Assembly: GCA_020184695.1 (NCBI GenBank)
Contig: JAANOX010000280.1
Span: forward strand, 372,001 to 436,000
DNA length: 64,000 nt
DNA from: Histomonas meleagridis 2922-C6/04-290x
Taxonomy: Eukaryota; Protista; Parabasalia
Direction: 5' to 3'
Positions 33,922 to 46,056 of the stretch are shown here, in pieces. Every line of letters begins with the position of its first letter. The first letter of the stretch is position 1. Under the pieces are notes generated by a model that was not told where the DNA came from, did not search any database, and saw only the letters and a list, made by a program, of their open reading frames with translations. The translations under genes and the position numbers were made by a program.

Positions 33922-36867
33922 TTAGCGAGTATCTTTGGAATTTGCAATTGCGTTTAATGATGATGGACTTCCGTCTCCATTAAATCCAAAATTAGTATTA
34001 TTTTCATTAGTTTGAAATGATTTAACTCCAAATCCATTAAATCCAAAATTAGTATTATTTTCATTAGTTTGAAATGATTTAACTCCAAATCCATTAAATC
34101 CAAAATTTGTATTATTTTTTATTAGTTTGAAATGATTTAACTCCAAATCCATTAAATCCAAAATTAGTATTATTTTCATTAGTTTGAAATGATTTAACTC
34201 CAAATCCATTAAATCCAAAATTAGTATTATTTTCATTAGTTTGAAATGATTTAACTCCAAATCCATTAAATCCAAAATTAGTATTATTTTCATTAGTTTG
34301 AAATGATTTAACTCCAAATCCATTAAATCCAAAATTTGTATTATTTTCATTAGTTTGAAATGATTTAACTCCAAATCCATTAAATCCAAAATTTGTATTA
34401 TTTTCATTAGTTTGAAATGATTTAACTCCAAATCCATTAAATCCAAAATTTGTATTATTTTCATTAGTTTGAAATGATTTAACTCCAAATCCATTAAATC
34501 CAAAATTTGTATTATTTTCATTAGTTTGAAATGATTTAACTCCAAATCCATTAAATCCAAAATTTGTATTATTTTCATTAGTTTGAAATGATTTATCAGA
34601 AATTGGATCAAGTTCAATATCTTTAGCAGTAATTTCAATTCCTTTTTGTTCAAGAAGTAATTTAACTATTTCTGTATGACCTTTACCAGATGCCCAAATA
34701 AGTGCTGTCCAAAATAATTTAAATAATTTTCAAATATTATTTTGAAATATCAAATTATGAAAATAAATATTATCTTTAGCATTGATATCAATTCCTTCTT
34801 GTTCAAGAAGTAATTTAACTATTTCTGTACGACCATTCCAAGATGCTGTAATAAGTGCTGTTTTAAATAATTTAAATAATTTCCAAATATTAATTTGAAA
34901 TATGAAATTATTAAAATAAATTTTAAATAAAACAAATAAATATCTTTAGCATTAATATCAATTCCTTCTTGTTCAAGAAGGAATTTAACTATTTCTGTAT
35001 AACCATATTCAGATGCTCTAATAAGTGCTGTATTAAATAATTTAAATAATTTCCAAATATTATTTTAAAATATCAAATTATTAAAATAAATCCAAAATAA
35101 AACGAATAAATATCTTTATCATTAATATCAATTCCTTCTTGTTCAAGAAGTAATTTAACTATTTCTATTTGACCATTTCTAGATGCAACCATAAGTGCTG
35201 TTTTAAATAATTTATATAATTTTCAAATATTATTTTTAAACATGAAATTATTAAAATAAATTTTAAATAAAACAAATAAATATCTTTAGCATTTATATCA
35301 ATTCCTTCTTGTTCAAGAAGTAATTTTAATATTTCTGTATGACTATTTGCAGATGCTAATGTAAGTGCTGTACTAAATAATATAAATAATTTCCATATTT
35401 TATTAAAAAAACTTCAAATACTTAAAGCAAACATAAATCACAAAAAACAAAAATCACTTGCATTAAGATCAATTTCCTTTTGCTCCAGAAGGAATTTAAA
35501 TATTTCAACATATCCATTTTCTGTCGCTATGATAAATGCTGTTTTAGAATCATTAAATAAAATCCAAATATTTACATAAAATTTGAAATGGTTAAAAGTA
35601 ATATTAAAAATTCTTTGTAAACGCCTTTTGCATTTATATCAATTCCTTTTTGTTGGAGAATTAATTTTACAAATTCAATATTTCCAGAAGAAGTTGCAAA
35701 TGGTAATGAATATGTTGGAAATTCTTTTCCTTTAAGGAGATATTTCACTAAATTTATATTACCGCTTTTTATTGCGATTTGAAGCATAATATCATTAATG
35801 TTAAGACCATCATCTTCTAAAAAAGAAAGAATTTCATAGTTATTTGTCTCAATACATTTGATTCCAAAATTTATCCGCTTTCCTTCATCGTTATTATAAT
35901 TTTGTGTTGAGCTTTTATAAAGAAATGAAAAATTAATTAATTTAAAAGACCCAAAGTTTGTATCATTTTTAGATTCCTTATAATTATTATCATAAAGATA
36001 ACGAAAAACATCATTTCTATGAAATTCAATTGCAGCGTCACAAGAATCAAGAAATGAAGTTTTTTTTTGTTCACAAAGATGAATTATTTCAAGATTTCCT
36101 CCTGCTATAGCAAACTTTCCCGTATTTTTTATATTAGAACCATTTGATAATAAAAACTTAAAACAGTTAATTGATCCATAAAATGCAGCATAATCAATTA
36201 ATGAAACATTTTCTTTATTAATAAATGTATATCTTTCATAAGGTGATTGTGCGATTTTTTGATTAAAATCAAATCCGTTTTGTGCTGATATTTCTTGAAG
36301 TTTTTCAATATCATCATTTCGAATGATGATTATTTGTAAAATTTCTGATGGATTTCCTTCTTCAATCCATTTTCTATGAAGTTTCCAATTATCATTTCTA
36401 ATTTCTTCAAGTGTTGTTTCATTAAAGTTCTCTTTTCGGGATATAATATTAAATAATTCGGATTCATTTTCATTCATTAAATGTAAAAAATAAATATTAT
36501 GCTTTATTTTTATGGAACTTTGATTAATTAATTTGTCATCATAAATTTTTATAATGAGATAATTTGATTCATTATGTAGTTCTTGCTTGAGAATATTTTC
36601 TTCTTTAGATTCAATATTTTTTAGAAAATGAAAAAGGATTTTATAATTTTTCTTTTGCGAAATGAACGACGAATATATAGATTTGCAAATTATATTATTA
36701 AATATGATAGGAAAATTCTTATCAAAAAATTTCATTGTTGATTGTGCAACGAATTCAATATTTTCTTCCTCTAGCTTAAAGATCATTTGGTTGATGAATA
36801 TTAAGTTTTCAATTTCTGTGTTTTTATTAGACTCTTTCAACGGGGAGCAATCGTGCGATATTGCCAT
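33922..36867 (-). CDS. DUF3447/ankyrin protein with 6 non-canonical intervening elements and an FG/N-rich repeat tail
   Basis: The ORF from ATG 36867 has DUF3447 motifs. 90-nt ankyrin blocks start at 35542, 35371, 35201, 35031, 34861 and 34708. Elements: 35622-35543 (80), 35452-35372 (81), 35281-35202, 35111-35032, 34941-34862 (80 each) and 34771-34709 (63). Confidence 0.85.
33978..34595 (-). repeat. 57-bp coding tandem repeat, 11 units (KSFQTNENNTNFGFNGFGV)
   Basis: In frame with the last ankyrin block (AKDIELDPISDKSFQTNEN...). One unit near 34115 is 58 nt (extra base in a homopolymer). Confidence 0.95.
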
Positions 36868-36961
36868 TTTCAAAAATCTATGGGTTAGGTACATGCGGAA
36901 GTTAAGTAGTCAAAAAGCGACGATTATTGTATCGTCGCATGGCAAACCTTATTTTTTATAA

Positions 36962-37303
36962 ATGCTTAAACCTGTGACTAAAACGTATTTTTGTACTTCA
37001 CAAAAAGAAAACCGTTTTCCCCCTGAATTTGTCGATTCACAAAATCCTAGATATATAGTAGTACAACAATGTAAGTGTAATTTTAAGGATTACTTAATAT
37101 CTGATGTTTCAATGCACGCTGATTTTATTGAACGTGATCATTATGATGATTATTTTTGTATTTATACGAATGAAAATAGAACTAAATATAACAAATTTGG
37201 ATATAAAAGTAGAAAACCAAATTTTAAAATATGGTTTATAGAAATGAATGGTAAAGAAATTGATCCAGAATATTTTATGTTAGAATTATTATTAATTTAT
37301 TAA
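36962..37303 (+). CDS. Maverick/Polinton conserved small protein (putative minor capsid)
   Basis: FPPEFVDSQNPRYI..CK..DVSMHADFI..FKIWF..FMLELLLIY matches my recollection of a T. vaginalis Maverick ORF family. Confidence 0.6.
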   Translation: MLKPVTKTYFCTSQKENRFPPEFVDSQNPRYIVVQQCKCNFKDYLISDVSMHADFIERDHYDDYFCIYTNENRTKYNKFGYKSRKPNFKIWFIEMNGKEIDPEYFMLELLLIY

Positions 37304-37323
37304 ATAAAAATCATTTTTTATCA

Positions 37324-38584
37324 ATGTTTAGTATTGAGAATGCTACGAAAGGTATAAAAACTAATGTTGTTGTTGCTTCTGAAATTATTGATAAAGATGA
37401 CTTACAAAAAGTTTTAGAAAATTACCCTACAAATGATCAAATAACAAAAATACTTAATACTATAACTTCGATTACATTACCTCAATTATACTATACTAAA
37501 TCACAATCAGATGAAAAATATTCTACCAAAAGTCATACTCATAATACAATAAATAATGATTTAACAGTAAATGGGAATGTACAAGTTACTTCATTAAATG
37601 GTTTTCAATTGGCAACTTCAGAAGGTGGTAAATGGGATACAAAATTATATGTACCATCTATTATTACATTAAAAAGAAGATGGTGTTGTTGAAGTTGGTC
37701 AATATATTGATATGCATAATAATGCAGATTATGATAAAGATAATACATGGAGAATAACTGCTAATACTAATTCATTAGATTTTAAATCAAAAACTGGTTC
37801 ATTATTAAGTTTTGGAAGTAATGGTAATATTAAATGTGCAACTATTAATAATGTAGATATAACTAAAATATTTTCAAATGATCATAATCATGATGAGATT
37901 TATGCTAAAAATAATCATGAACATACAAACTATGCGTCATCAGTTCATACGCATAGTTATAATAATTTAAATGATTTAACAAATATTCCTACAGGTTCAA
38001 ATACAGAAGATATCCATTGTTCAACAATTGATGGTTTTGCTTTAAATCCGGGACCTTCATCAGCATTTGTCGATATTAGTGTCCCTTCAATTGCAGTTAT
38101 TAAAGGCGATGGTGTTTTAGAAACAGGTCCATACATAGATATGCATACTAGTGATGGATATGAAACTGATTATAGTTGGAGAATACAATGTATTGATAAT
38201 GATATAGCATTTAAACGAAAACAAGGAAATGGCTTTTCTTACTCCTCATCTGTTGATGCCTTAGGTTGTAATAAAATAGGTTGTAATGAACTAATGTACT
38301 CTGTGAAAACTAATGGCATTGATAATACAGGAAATATAAAATTCAATACTGGTCAATTCACTAGTTTAGTAACTACTAAATTAACATTATTTCACAGTAT
38401 AATTGAAGAATCAGGCGATACATATCAATTATTATGGAGGATATATGGAAGTACACCTACTGCATATGTAAAATATGGAAGATTATATTCCGAATCAGTA
38501 ACACATAAGAAACAAAATGATGGTACTATTTTTGATACATATAGTTCAATATATTATATAGCAACTACATTTAATAACTACTAA
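37324..38584 (+). CDS. Maverick-associated fibre-like protein with two phage-tail-like domains (frameshift in an A-run near 37673)
   Basis: EDGVVEVGQYIDMH..D..WRI and KGDGVLETGPYIDMH..DYSWRI repeats, plus His-rich (S/N)HxH linkers. Confidence 0.55.
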
Positions 38585-38639
38585 AATATCAAATTTAATA
38601 GTTGGTGAAGTAACAGGTAAGATAGATGAACATTTATTA

Positions 38640-40200
38640 AATATATTTAAACACTTACACTATAACAATGTTAAATTTTCCAAAGGTTCTTGGAAACACA
38701 ATCATAAGATTGATGTTACTACATATGGGCAATTACGTCTTTTGACAAATGAATATAGGGAAGAAATCATAAATTTCCAAAAGATTGAATAATCACCTGG
38801 GATGACTCGTTGAAAGTTTGATCTAACTATTAACGCGAGTCAATTTCATAATATTTGCAGGAAAGTTCTATCAGAAGAGAGAAATATAGTTTCCATTGTA
38901 GATAAACTTAGCGAATTATCATCGAGATGGGTTATTCATTGTCATTATAAAGAAGGTAATTTAATAGCTATCGTTCCAATCCCCAGATGGTTAATATAAT
39001 CGGCCATGTCAAAAGATATATGGAGAACAGATGACACATCATGTACAAATTCCTAACAAATATATATTGTTCCAATTTTAGTAATAGATAAGTTTGGTAG
39101 TCCACTTATGTTGGGATTATCTTGTATTAGTGACAGAACAGAAGAATCTCTAAAAATAATATATTCAGATATGTTAAAATATGTACATAGTGTACGCATC
39201 GGGATAATGGATAGACATAAGGGACAGTACAAGGCATTCAATGAAGTTACAGGAGCTAAAATTGTATTTTGTCAGTCACACATTCGAGAAAATATTAAGA
39301 GAAACTCATTACGGCTTTTATCGCTTTCGATAATTTCATTCATTCTGAAATTTCAGAGAAATAATTTGTAGAAATAATTAATTGTAGATTAGTGAAAAAA
39401 CCTGGTAATTAGCACTTAAAATTATTGATGTCAGATCTAGATAGTTATAGCCCGAAAAGATCGAAAGATCCTCGTCTTGACAGGAATAAGATTCACGAAT
39501 TATGTCGAAGGTGCTTTTGGTAATGTAAAAAACATAATGGATCATAATATATCATAACTATATTATGTAATTGAATCTTTTGACATATGAGCTGAAATGC
39601 AAAGGGAAAATCACTACAAAACAGTGAGAAAAAATAGGAATATTGTTATAAAAAAATGTGATGTAAACTCGTTGGGAACTATAGCAATGGAAAACCTAAA
39701 TGAAGTATAAAATCAATTGAAGAGTGTTTGTATGTTATTCGTTGCAAACAATATGGAAAAAGTCAATGATTAGATAAATAATTGTGATCACTATCATTTT
39801 ACTGAATATGGACTCCCTTGTATATGTAAATTGTTTCAGAAAACAAGCAAAGATAATATTTAATTAATAGAAAAGATATACCACTCCGTCTATTAATTTA
39901 TGATTCAACAACGGAATATAAGTTAGAAGATATTTCGAGTGGAATCATAAAAAATAAAGTTGCTAACACACAGTTAAACAATAGATCATTCACAAGTACC
40001 ATGTCCCTTTTTGGACCAATTGTTGCAAGGATTGTTGGAAATTATGAAAAGATAATCAAACTAACTGAACAATATTCCAATTCAGTTCAACAAATTTCTC
40101 AACCTGGTGGTGCAAGAGTTATAGTACCAGCTTTGAATGCAAATATCAATTATATCAAAAAACGGAAAAGATGTGTCAATTGTAAAGAAAAGAAAAATAA
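38640..40200 (+). mobile_element. Degenerate MULE (Mutator) transposase with a SWIM-like motif
   Basis: DDTSCTN..IMDRHKGQYKAF..FCQSHIRENI, ITNYVEGAFG, CDHYHFTEYGLPCIC and RKRCVNC, with many stops. Confidence 0.75.
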
Positions 40201-40915
40201 TCAAAAAGCATATATAAAGACAATGAAAATAGATATAAATACAGATTTCAATCATGTGACCAAAGAAGGAGCATTTTCCTAAATGAGGGTATATCACTTT
40301 TTAAGGAATAACAAACCAAATGAAGCTGTAATATTATATAAAAAATCATTTGAATCATTTCAAAGTTGTGGTAACCTCAATATACAAATATTAGCCTATT
40401 ATTTGCTTGCAAATATGTGGGCTCAATACAAATGCGATTTTTGTTTGAATCCAGAGATTCAAAAATTTTGTTCGCATCCATTATTCGCACCTCTATATGA
40501 TTTGGCTGCTGCATATGATAAAAGAGATATAGTATTTTTCATTGATAGATTAGAATCAGTGAAAAAAATATATGTTGATGAAATTTTCAATGATATAATA
40601 GAAAAAATATGAAAGTTTGTACTTCAATGTGCTATTGGTGATTTTTGCTGTGCTTTCAATGAAGTCGAAATCAGTTTTTTAGCAAGATCATTACATAGCA
40701 ATATAGAAAAATGTAAAAAAATATGCATCAATTTGATTATAAATAATGAAAAGCGAGCTTTGATGAATGAAGAAAAAGGAATCTTTCATGTGATTCCTGA
40801 AATAAAGGAATCAATATACTCGAAGAACATAAGGGAAATGATGGAATCCATTGAATTTTATGTCCATCAACTAAAGTCAAACTCAAAATTAAATGAAAGT
40901 ATGTATTTTTTTTAA
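40200..40915 (+). pseudogene. 5'-truncated PCI-domain gene, COP9 signalosome subunit 2-like
   Basis: YKKSFESFQSCG..YYLLANM..LAAAYDKRDI..FLARSL..NEEKGIF aligns by eye to the CSN2 C-terminal half; in-frame stops at 40280 and 40610. Confidence 0.6.
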
Positions 40916-41157
40916 TTTTTCATTGGATGTTTATTATAAACAATGAAGCCTGCACTCTAATTTAGGTTTAAGTTTTGGCTCCAATAATAAAGAAAAGCAT
41001 TGAAATAATATCTTTTCTAATACTGAAGCACTGTTTCCACATGTCATTACTAATTTTTTAAAATTTATCCAATTGCTCGAATCTTTAAAAAACTGTTACA
41101 AAAGATATAACATTTATATAAATGGTATTTTTAATAGTTTTAATTCGCATCATCCTT

Positions 41158-42414
41158 TCATTCTTTTGGATGTTCGTTTTTCTTTTCTCCGAAAGCGATT
41201 GTTCCTGTTGCATGTCGACCCAAAATCATCTTTTCTCCAGGTTTATTGTTTGCATGAACATGTGACTTTCTTGGTGGCGTTTTCATTAAGACTCTCTTCT
41301 GTTGCATTCTCGTCATTTTAATTGGGACATCAACTTGTGGCAATTGTATTCCATCTTTCTTTTTCGTTATGTTCATTTTAACAACGTTTCCATCATCTTT
41401 AATTGTCTGCTTCAATTGTTTCTCTTGGTTAAACAATGCGCTAGGAATTGAATTTGGTTGAGCAAATGGCGCACTTGAATAATTTGCGTTTGGATTCTTG
41501 AAGAAACATTGCTGTAAAATATTAAAAGCGGGGTGTTTTAATGCCTCATCTGCTGTAATTCTTTCAGATGGAACATAAGCGATCAGTTTTGAAAGTAAAT
41601 CAAGAACAACTGGCTCAGCCTTTGGCAAGATCTTGGATAATTTTTGTTTTGGATATTTTATAAACTCAAAGTCAAGAGTTTTGAGCTTGTTTGGAGGACA
41701 TAGTTTTGACAAGGTTTGTTTGGTCGGAGTTCCCAAAATTCTGTGAATACGGTTAATTTGATCGATGGAGGTTTTGCCAGGGAAAAGTGGATAATTTGTG
41801 AGGAATTCGTACAAAATGCATCCAGTGGCCCAGATATCGATGCCAGGACCATAAGAACCATGTGATAGAATGCACTCCGGTGGACGGTACCATCGGGTTG
41901 ATATGTATTCTGTAAGTTCTGTGACTTGATTAAGATCTTTGGCAGATCCAAAATCACCAAGTTTAAGTTCCATGTTGTAAGGATTAACAAGACAGTTTTC
42001 TGGTTTAATGTCTCGATGAATTATGTTTTTGGAATGAATATACTTGAGAGCAGAAAGAATTTGATATGTTAGTTGAAGTGCTTGAAAAACTGAAAGTGGG
42101 CCATTACGTTGACTCATGACTTCAAAAGCATTTTTGTCCATTAAATCTAAAACAAGGGAAAGACGGAATTTTGCTGGTTCATATATAACTTCATGAAGAA
42201 ATACGATATTTTGATGCTTTCCTAGTGCTTTTAAAACAAGAATTTCTTCGTTTTGTTGTATATCTTCAATTCGTTGAAATTTTTGCTTGAAGACTTTGAG
42301 TGCATAAAGTTGGTGGGTGGTTTTATGTTGTATTTGATATACGGTACTGAAATTTCCTTCTCCAATTCTTGCTATTACCAAATAATCGTGTAAGCCATCT
42401 ATCTTCAAGGACAT
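41158..42414 (-). CDS. CMGC kinase, RCK family (MOK/MAK-like)
   Basis: IGEGNFSTV, HRDIKPEN, DFG and LTEYISTRWYRPPE motifs. Confidence 0.88.
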   Translation of the reverse strand: MSLKIDGLHDYLVIARIGEGNFSTVYQIQHKTTHQLYALKVFKQKFQRIEDIQQNEEILVLKALGKHQNIVFLHEVIYEPAKFRLSLVLDLMDKNAFEVMSQRNGPLSVFQALQLTYQILSALKYIHSKNIIHRDIKPENCLVNPYNMELKLGDFGSAKDLNQVTELTEYISTRWYRPPECILSHGSYGPGIDIWATGCILYEFLTNYPLFPGKTSIDQINRIHRILGTPTKQTLSKLCPPNKLKTLDFEFIKYPKQKLSKILPKAEPVVLDLLSKLIAYVPSERITADEALKHPAFNILQQCFFKNPNANYSSAPFAQPNSIPSALFNQEKQLKQTIKDDGNVVKMNITKKKDGIQLPQVDVPIKMTRMQQKRVLMKTPPRKSHVHANNKPGEKMILGRHATGTIAFGEKKNEHPKE

Positions 42415-43219
42415 TTGGGCTTGGGAGTTATATTCAATTTTTGCTTACGGTCCCATAAGGGCCGCCCCAAATTCAAATAAACCAACTAAATTCAAAAGAT
42501 TATGAGAACTGAAACAAATTTAAAATTTTTCGCTATTATTCCATTTTCATAAAAACAAAATTTAGGATATTAAAAAACATATAAAGTGTAATATGTAAAA
42601 AAAGTATTTTATAAAAATATTTTTTATACGTTGGTAAAAAAGCATTTTATATGAATATGGAAAATTTTATTCTGTTGATTTTTGTATGAATTCAATTTTG
42701 AAACTGAGGCGAAATTTTCAACGAGCCCTGCGTGAGCACGCAAATCCTCATAATGCATTCAATTCATTGTGTAAATCATGCAAAAGTGGTTGAAATCCAT
42801 TTCATGGACAAAGATTCAATAAAATCAAATTTTAGATGGCCCACATAAGATAGAATTTGACTCTGTTCTCATCTTTATTTTTATGGAAAGTTGAAACAAT
42901 TGAGTTGAATTAAAACCTGCGTCAAAGATAATAAATTTATTACGAAACAGTTATATGCTTGGTTAGCACGGCAGAAGCATTTGTCAATCTTTCCACCTCA
43001 TTTCATCAGCGGCAGTTTTGTCAGAGATGGAAAAATTCATTCTTGTTGCCCTAACAAAAAAACAACTATTGACAACATGATTTCCTTTGTTTTTCTGGAA
43101 TTACAGTCGTGTATTGTAATTAAATTTGGAAATTTTAAACAAAGAAGAAGAATCTGAGACAAGTGTCGGATAAGAAAAGTGTCGATAATTGTGAGCTTTA
43201 TTTGTTCACATCACAAATA

Positions 43220-43780
43220 ATGAAAGCTGTCATTCTCATTGCCCCAGGATTCGAAGAAGTTGAAGCAATAACCCCAGCTGACTTCCTTCGACGCGCAGGA
43301 GTAGAAGTAATTTTGGCTTCAGTTGGACATGATGATCTTTCAATCAAAGGAGCACATAACATTGTTATTAAGTGCAATGCAAAGTTTCCTGAAATCTCTA
43401 AAAACATTTATGATGCAATCATTTGTCCTGGAGGATTACCAGGTACAACAAATCTTGCCAAAGATGCAAACGTTGTTGAAGCAATCAAAGCTCATTTAGC
43501 TGCTGGAAAAATTGTTGCAGCAATTTGCGCAGCACCAGGTTTCGTACTTGCTGAAGCATGTGGAATCATGAATGGAAAGACAGGATGTGGATATCCTGGC
43601 TGTGATGATAAAATCACCGAAAATGGCGGTACAAAGGTTGAAGATCGTGTTTATGCTGATGGAAACATAATAACATCACGTGGCCCTGGAACAGCTTCTC
43701 TTTTCGCCTTGGAAATTCTCCGCAAACTTGTTGGCAATGAAAAAGCAGATGAAATTGGAAAGGGAACACTCACACTCTAA
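43220..43780 (+). CDS. DJ-1/PfpI (ThiJ/YajL-like) family protein
   Basis: GFEEVEAITPAD, PGGLPG, AAICAAP and ITSRGPGT motifs; ATG at 43220. Confidence 0.92.
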   Translation: MKAVILIAPGFEEVEAITPADFLRRAGVEVILASVGHDDLSIKGAHNIVIKCNAKFPEISKNIYDAIICPGGLPGTTNLAKDANVVEAIKAHLAAGKIVAAICAAPGFVLAEACGIMNGKTGCGYPGCDDKITENGGTKVEDRVYADGNIITSRGPGTASLFALEILRKLVGNEKADEIGKGTLTL

Positions 43781-44230
43781 GGACTAAACACCAATTTTTA
43801 AATGAATTCGATTTATTTTTATCACCAACTGCACTCGATTTCATAAACTCGAAGTAAAATCTGCATGTTCAGCATTATCTTTAAAGAAGTCAGAAATCAT
43901 CAGCATAAAGCATGTTATATGGAACAATTTTAAAAAGCAAAACTTTATGTTGGACAACTCGCTTTAGACTTTTTAAAAGGGGAAAACATTTGTTGTTGCA
44001 CGAATGTACATATGAAAGTTGGATTTAAATAAAATTTGATATCTTAAGATTAAATATCAATATTTTTTCTATTACAGAAATTGGAGTCCAATAAAATTTT
44101 TTAGTCGTTTTATGTATAAATTATTTCCTATATCCTTTCTTTTAAGATTTTTGTATTTTTTTAATTATAATTTAAGAAACTGCGGAATTAAGAAACCGTT
44201 AATAATGGCGGTTGTTAAAACGACTCACAA

Positions 44231-45406
44231 ATGCCAAAGATAAGACAAATCATAGGAATTGCAGAAATCTACATTATAACGCTTTTCATGTCTTCTTTGA
44301 TTTTATTTATTGCATATGGGATTGCTGTTAGCACACCAACAAATATCGAAACATCCAAATGTGAATCTCCACCAAAGGTCACATTATACAAAAGTGTAGA
44401 TCATAGTTACCTTACCAAAATCATCAATTCAGCAAAAAAAAGAATTATATTTGTAACCGGTAATATGAGCATGACTTCTTTCCAATATATCAAGGAACCT
44501 TTATTGGTTGATGCTAAAACTAGACTCGGTGAATCCAATATCAAGTTTGTTATATCTAACCAAAACAGTCAAATTTCTTCTTTTTTGAATAGCTATTTTC
44601 CGAATAATGTTATTGTTACAGATCAATTTGAAATCCCCATATATTTCCCAGTCTTCATTGTTGATGATACAGCATATCTCACATCTAGCATTTTTTCCAG
44701 TTACGAAGGAACATCAACACATTCTTCATCACAAATTATTATTATCGAAAATTGCAGCCAACTAATCGATGACATCACTGCTTTTGTTGACTCTTATGAA
44801 GCGAAATCAAAAAATCCCGAGTTATTTACTTATCCCGAAATTATTGAATATATTGGCAAATCATCACCAATTCTTCCAGCTAAATGTGGTAACACGACCA
44901 GCTTCTTCATCAATAACCCATCACATGTCTTACCTCTGAAGATTAACACATCATTATATCTTACCGAATTCTTCAAAACTCCGCCAAAAGAACTTTTAAT
45001 TTATACATTTTCCACCCAAACGTCCGAAGAGAACTTCTATGACGACGATTTCTCTTTCCATGTACTTCTTAAATCATTGCAAATTTACAATCATACAAAA
45101 ATTCGATATTTGGCATCTTCAAGTTTTGCACTCAACGACGAAATGTACAAATGGTGTCGTTCATTTGTGTCGTTTAGTAATTCGCGTCTTTCATTGTATT
45201 CGAGTGATTTCGATGGTCCGAATTTCATTGTTGCGGATAACACGTCAATGTTATTCAGCCACGAAATCAGAACATTTGAGATCGAGAAATACGCATCGAT
45301 GCACTTGGTGACTGACGATGCGAATGTGAATCATGAATTGAGGGAATTCTTCGACGAAATATGGAACGATGATAGTACACATGAGTTCAAAGTTAATTGG
45401 AACTAA
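44231..45406 (+). CDS. Type II membrane protein, degenerate phospholipase D (PLD3-like) fold
   Basis: N-terminal TM, INSAKKRIIF, and two degenerate HKD-position segments (FIVDD, FIVAD) without catalytic H/K. Confidence 0.45.
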   Translation: MPKIRQIIGIAEIYIITLFMSSLILFIAYGIAVSTPTNIETSKCESPPKVTLYKSVDHSYLTKIINSAKKRIIFVTGNMSMTSFQYIKEPLLVDAKTRLGESNIKFVISNQNSQISSFLNSYFPNNVIVTDQFEIPIYFPVFIVDDTAYLTSSIFSSYEGTSTHSSSQIIIIENCSQLIDDITAFVDSYEAKSKNPELFTYPEIIEYIGKSSPILPAKCGNTTSFFINNPSHVLPLKINTSLYLTEFFKTPPKELLIYTFSTQTSEENFYDDDFSFHVLLKSLQIYNHTKIRYLASSSFALNDEMYKWCRSFVSFSNSRLSLYSSDFDGPNFIVADNTSMLFSHEIRTFEIEKYASMHLVTDDANVNHELREFFDEIWNDDSTHEFKVNWN

Positions 45407-46056
45407 TTGAAAAAATTTAATAAAATGTTTTTGTGGACTTCATAACTCGAAATATAAAATATGTAAATGTTTTGCATTTAAATTTTGTTCAACAAAAATG
45501 ATACAAAAATTTATCGATTAATATTAATAATTTAAAGAAAACTTTAATTTTAAGTAAGTTTAAGCAAGTATGAAAATTACCTTTTTCCCCATGTGGTAAC
45601 TTATATTCGAAAATCCTTTTGAAGTTTTATTATAATTTACAAATAATTTTTATTTCGCAATATTTTATAAGTTTGATTTTTTTTTAAGAAGTTTTACATG
45701 CTTTCTTGTTATTTTTATGAGATTCTTCAATTTTACTTACGAAAACTTGTGTTATAAATTGAATGACTTCTTCCAAATTTTCTTGTGGTATATAATATTT
45801 TTATATATTTTATTCAGACATATTCCCATAACACATGAGTTTGAGTCGTTTGGAAAATTTCCATAAACATATGTCCATAAAAAACACGATTTCCCTGTGT
45901 TTTTTCTATCATGAAACAGGGCTAATGACTTTTCAGTGAATAACTTCAAGAACAAAACCAAATTCTGAAGTAATTATTCGTCAAAACTCAATTCGAAGAA
46001 CAAAAAATCGAATTATACCAAAACATTTTTTATTAAAAAGCCTAAACAAACATTTG

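Noticed and set aside
10325-37680. Programmed frameshifting at homopolymer runs (about 10330, 34115, 35410, 37673)
   Set aside because: All are single-base gains in A/T runs, the typical long-read consensus error or slippage mutation; this cannot be separated from artefact without reads.
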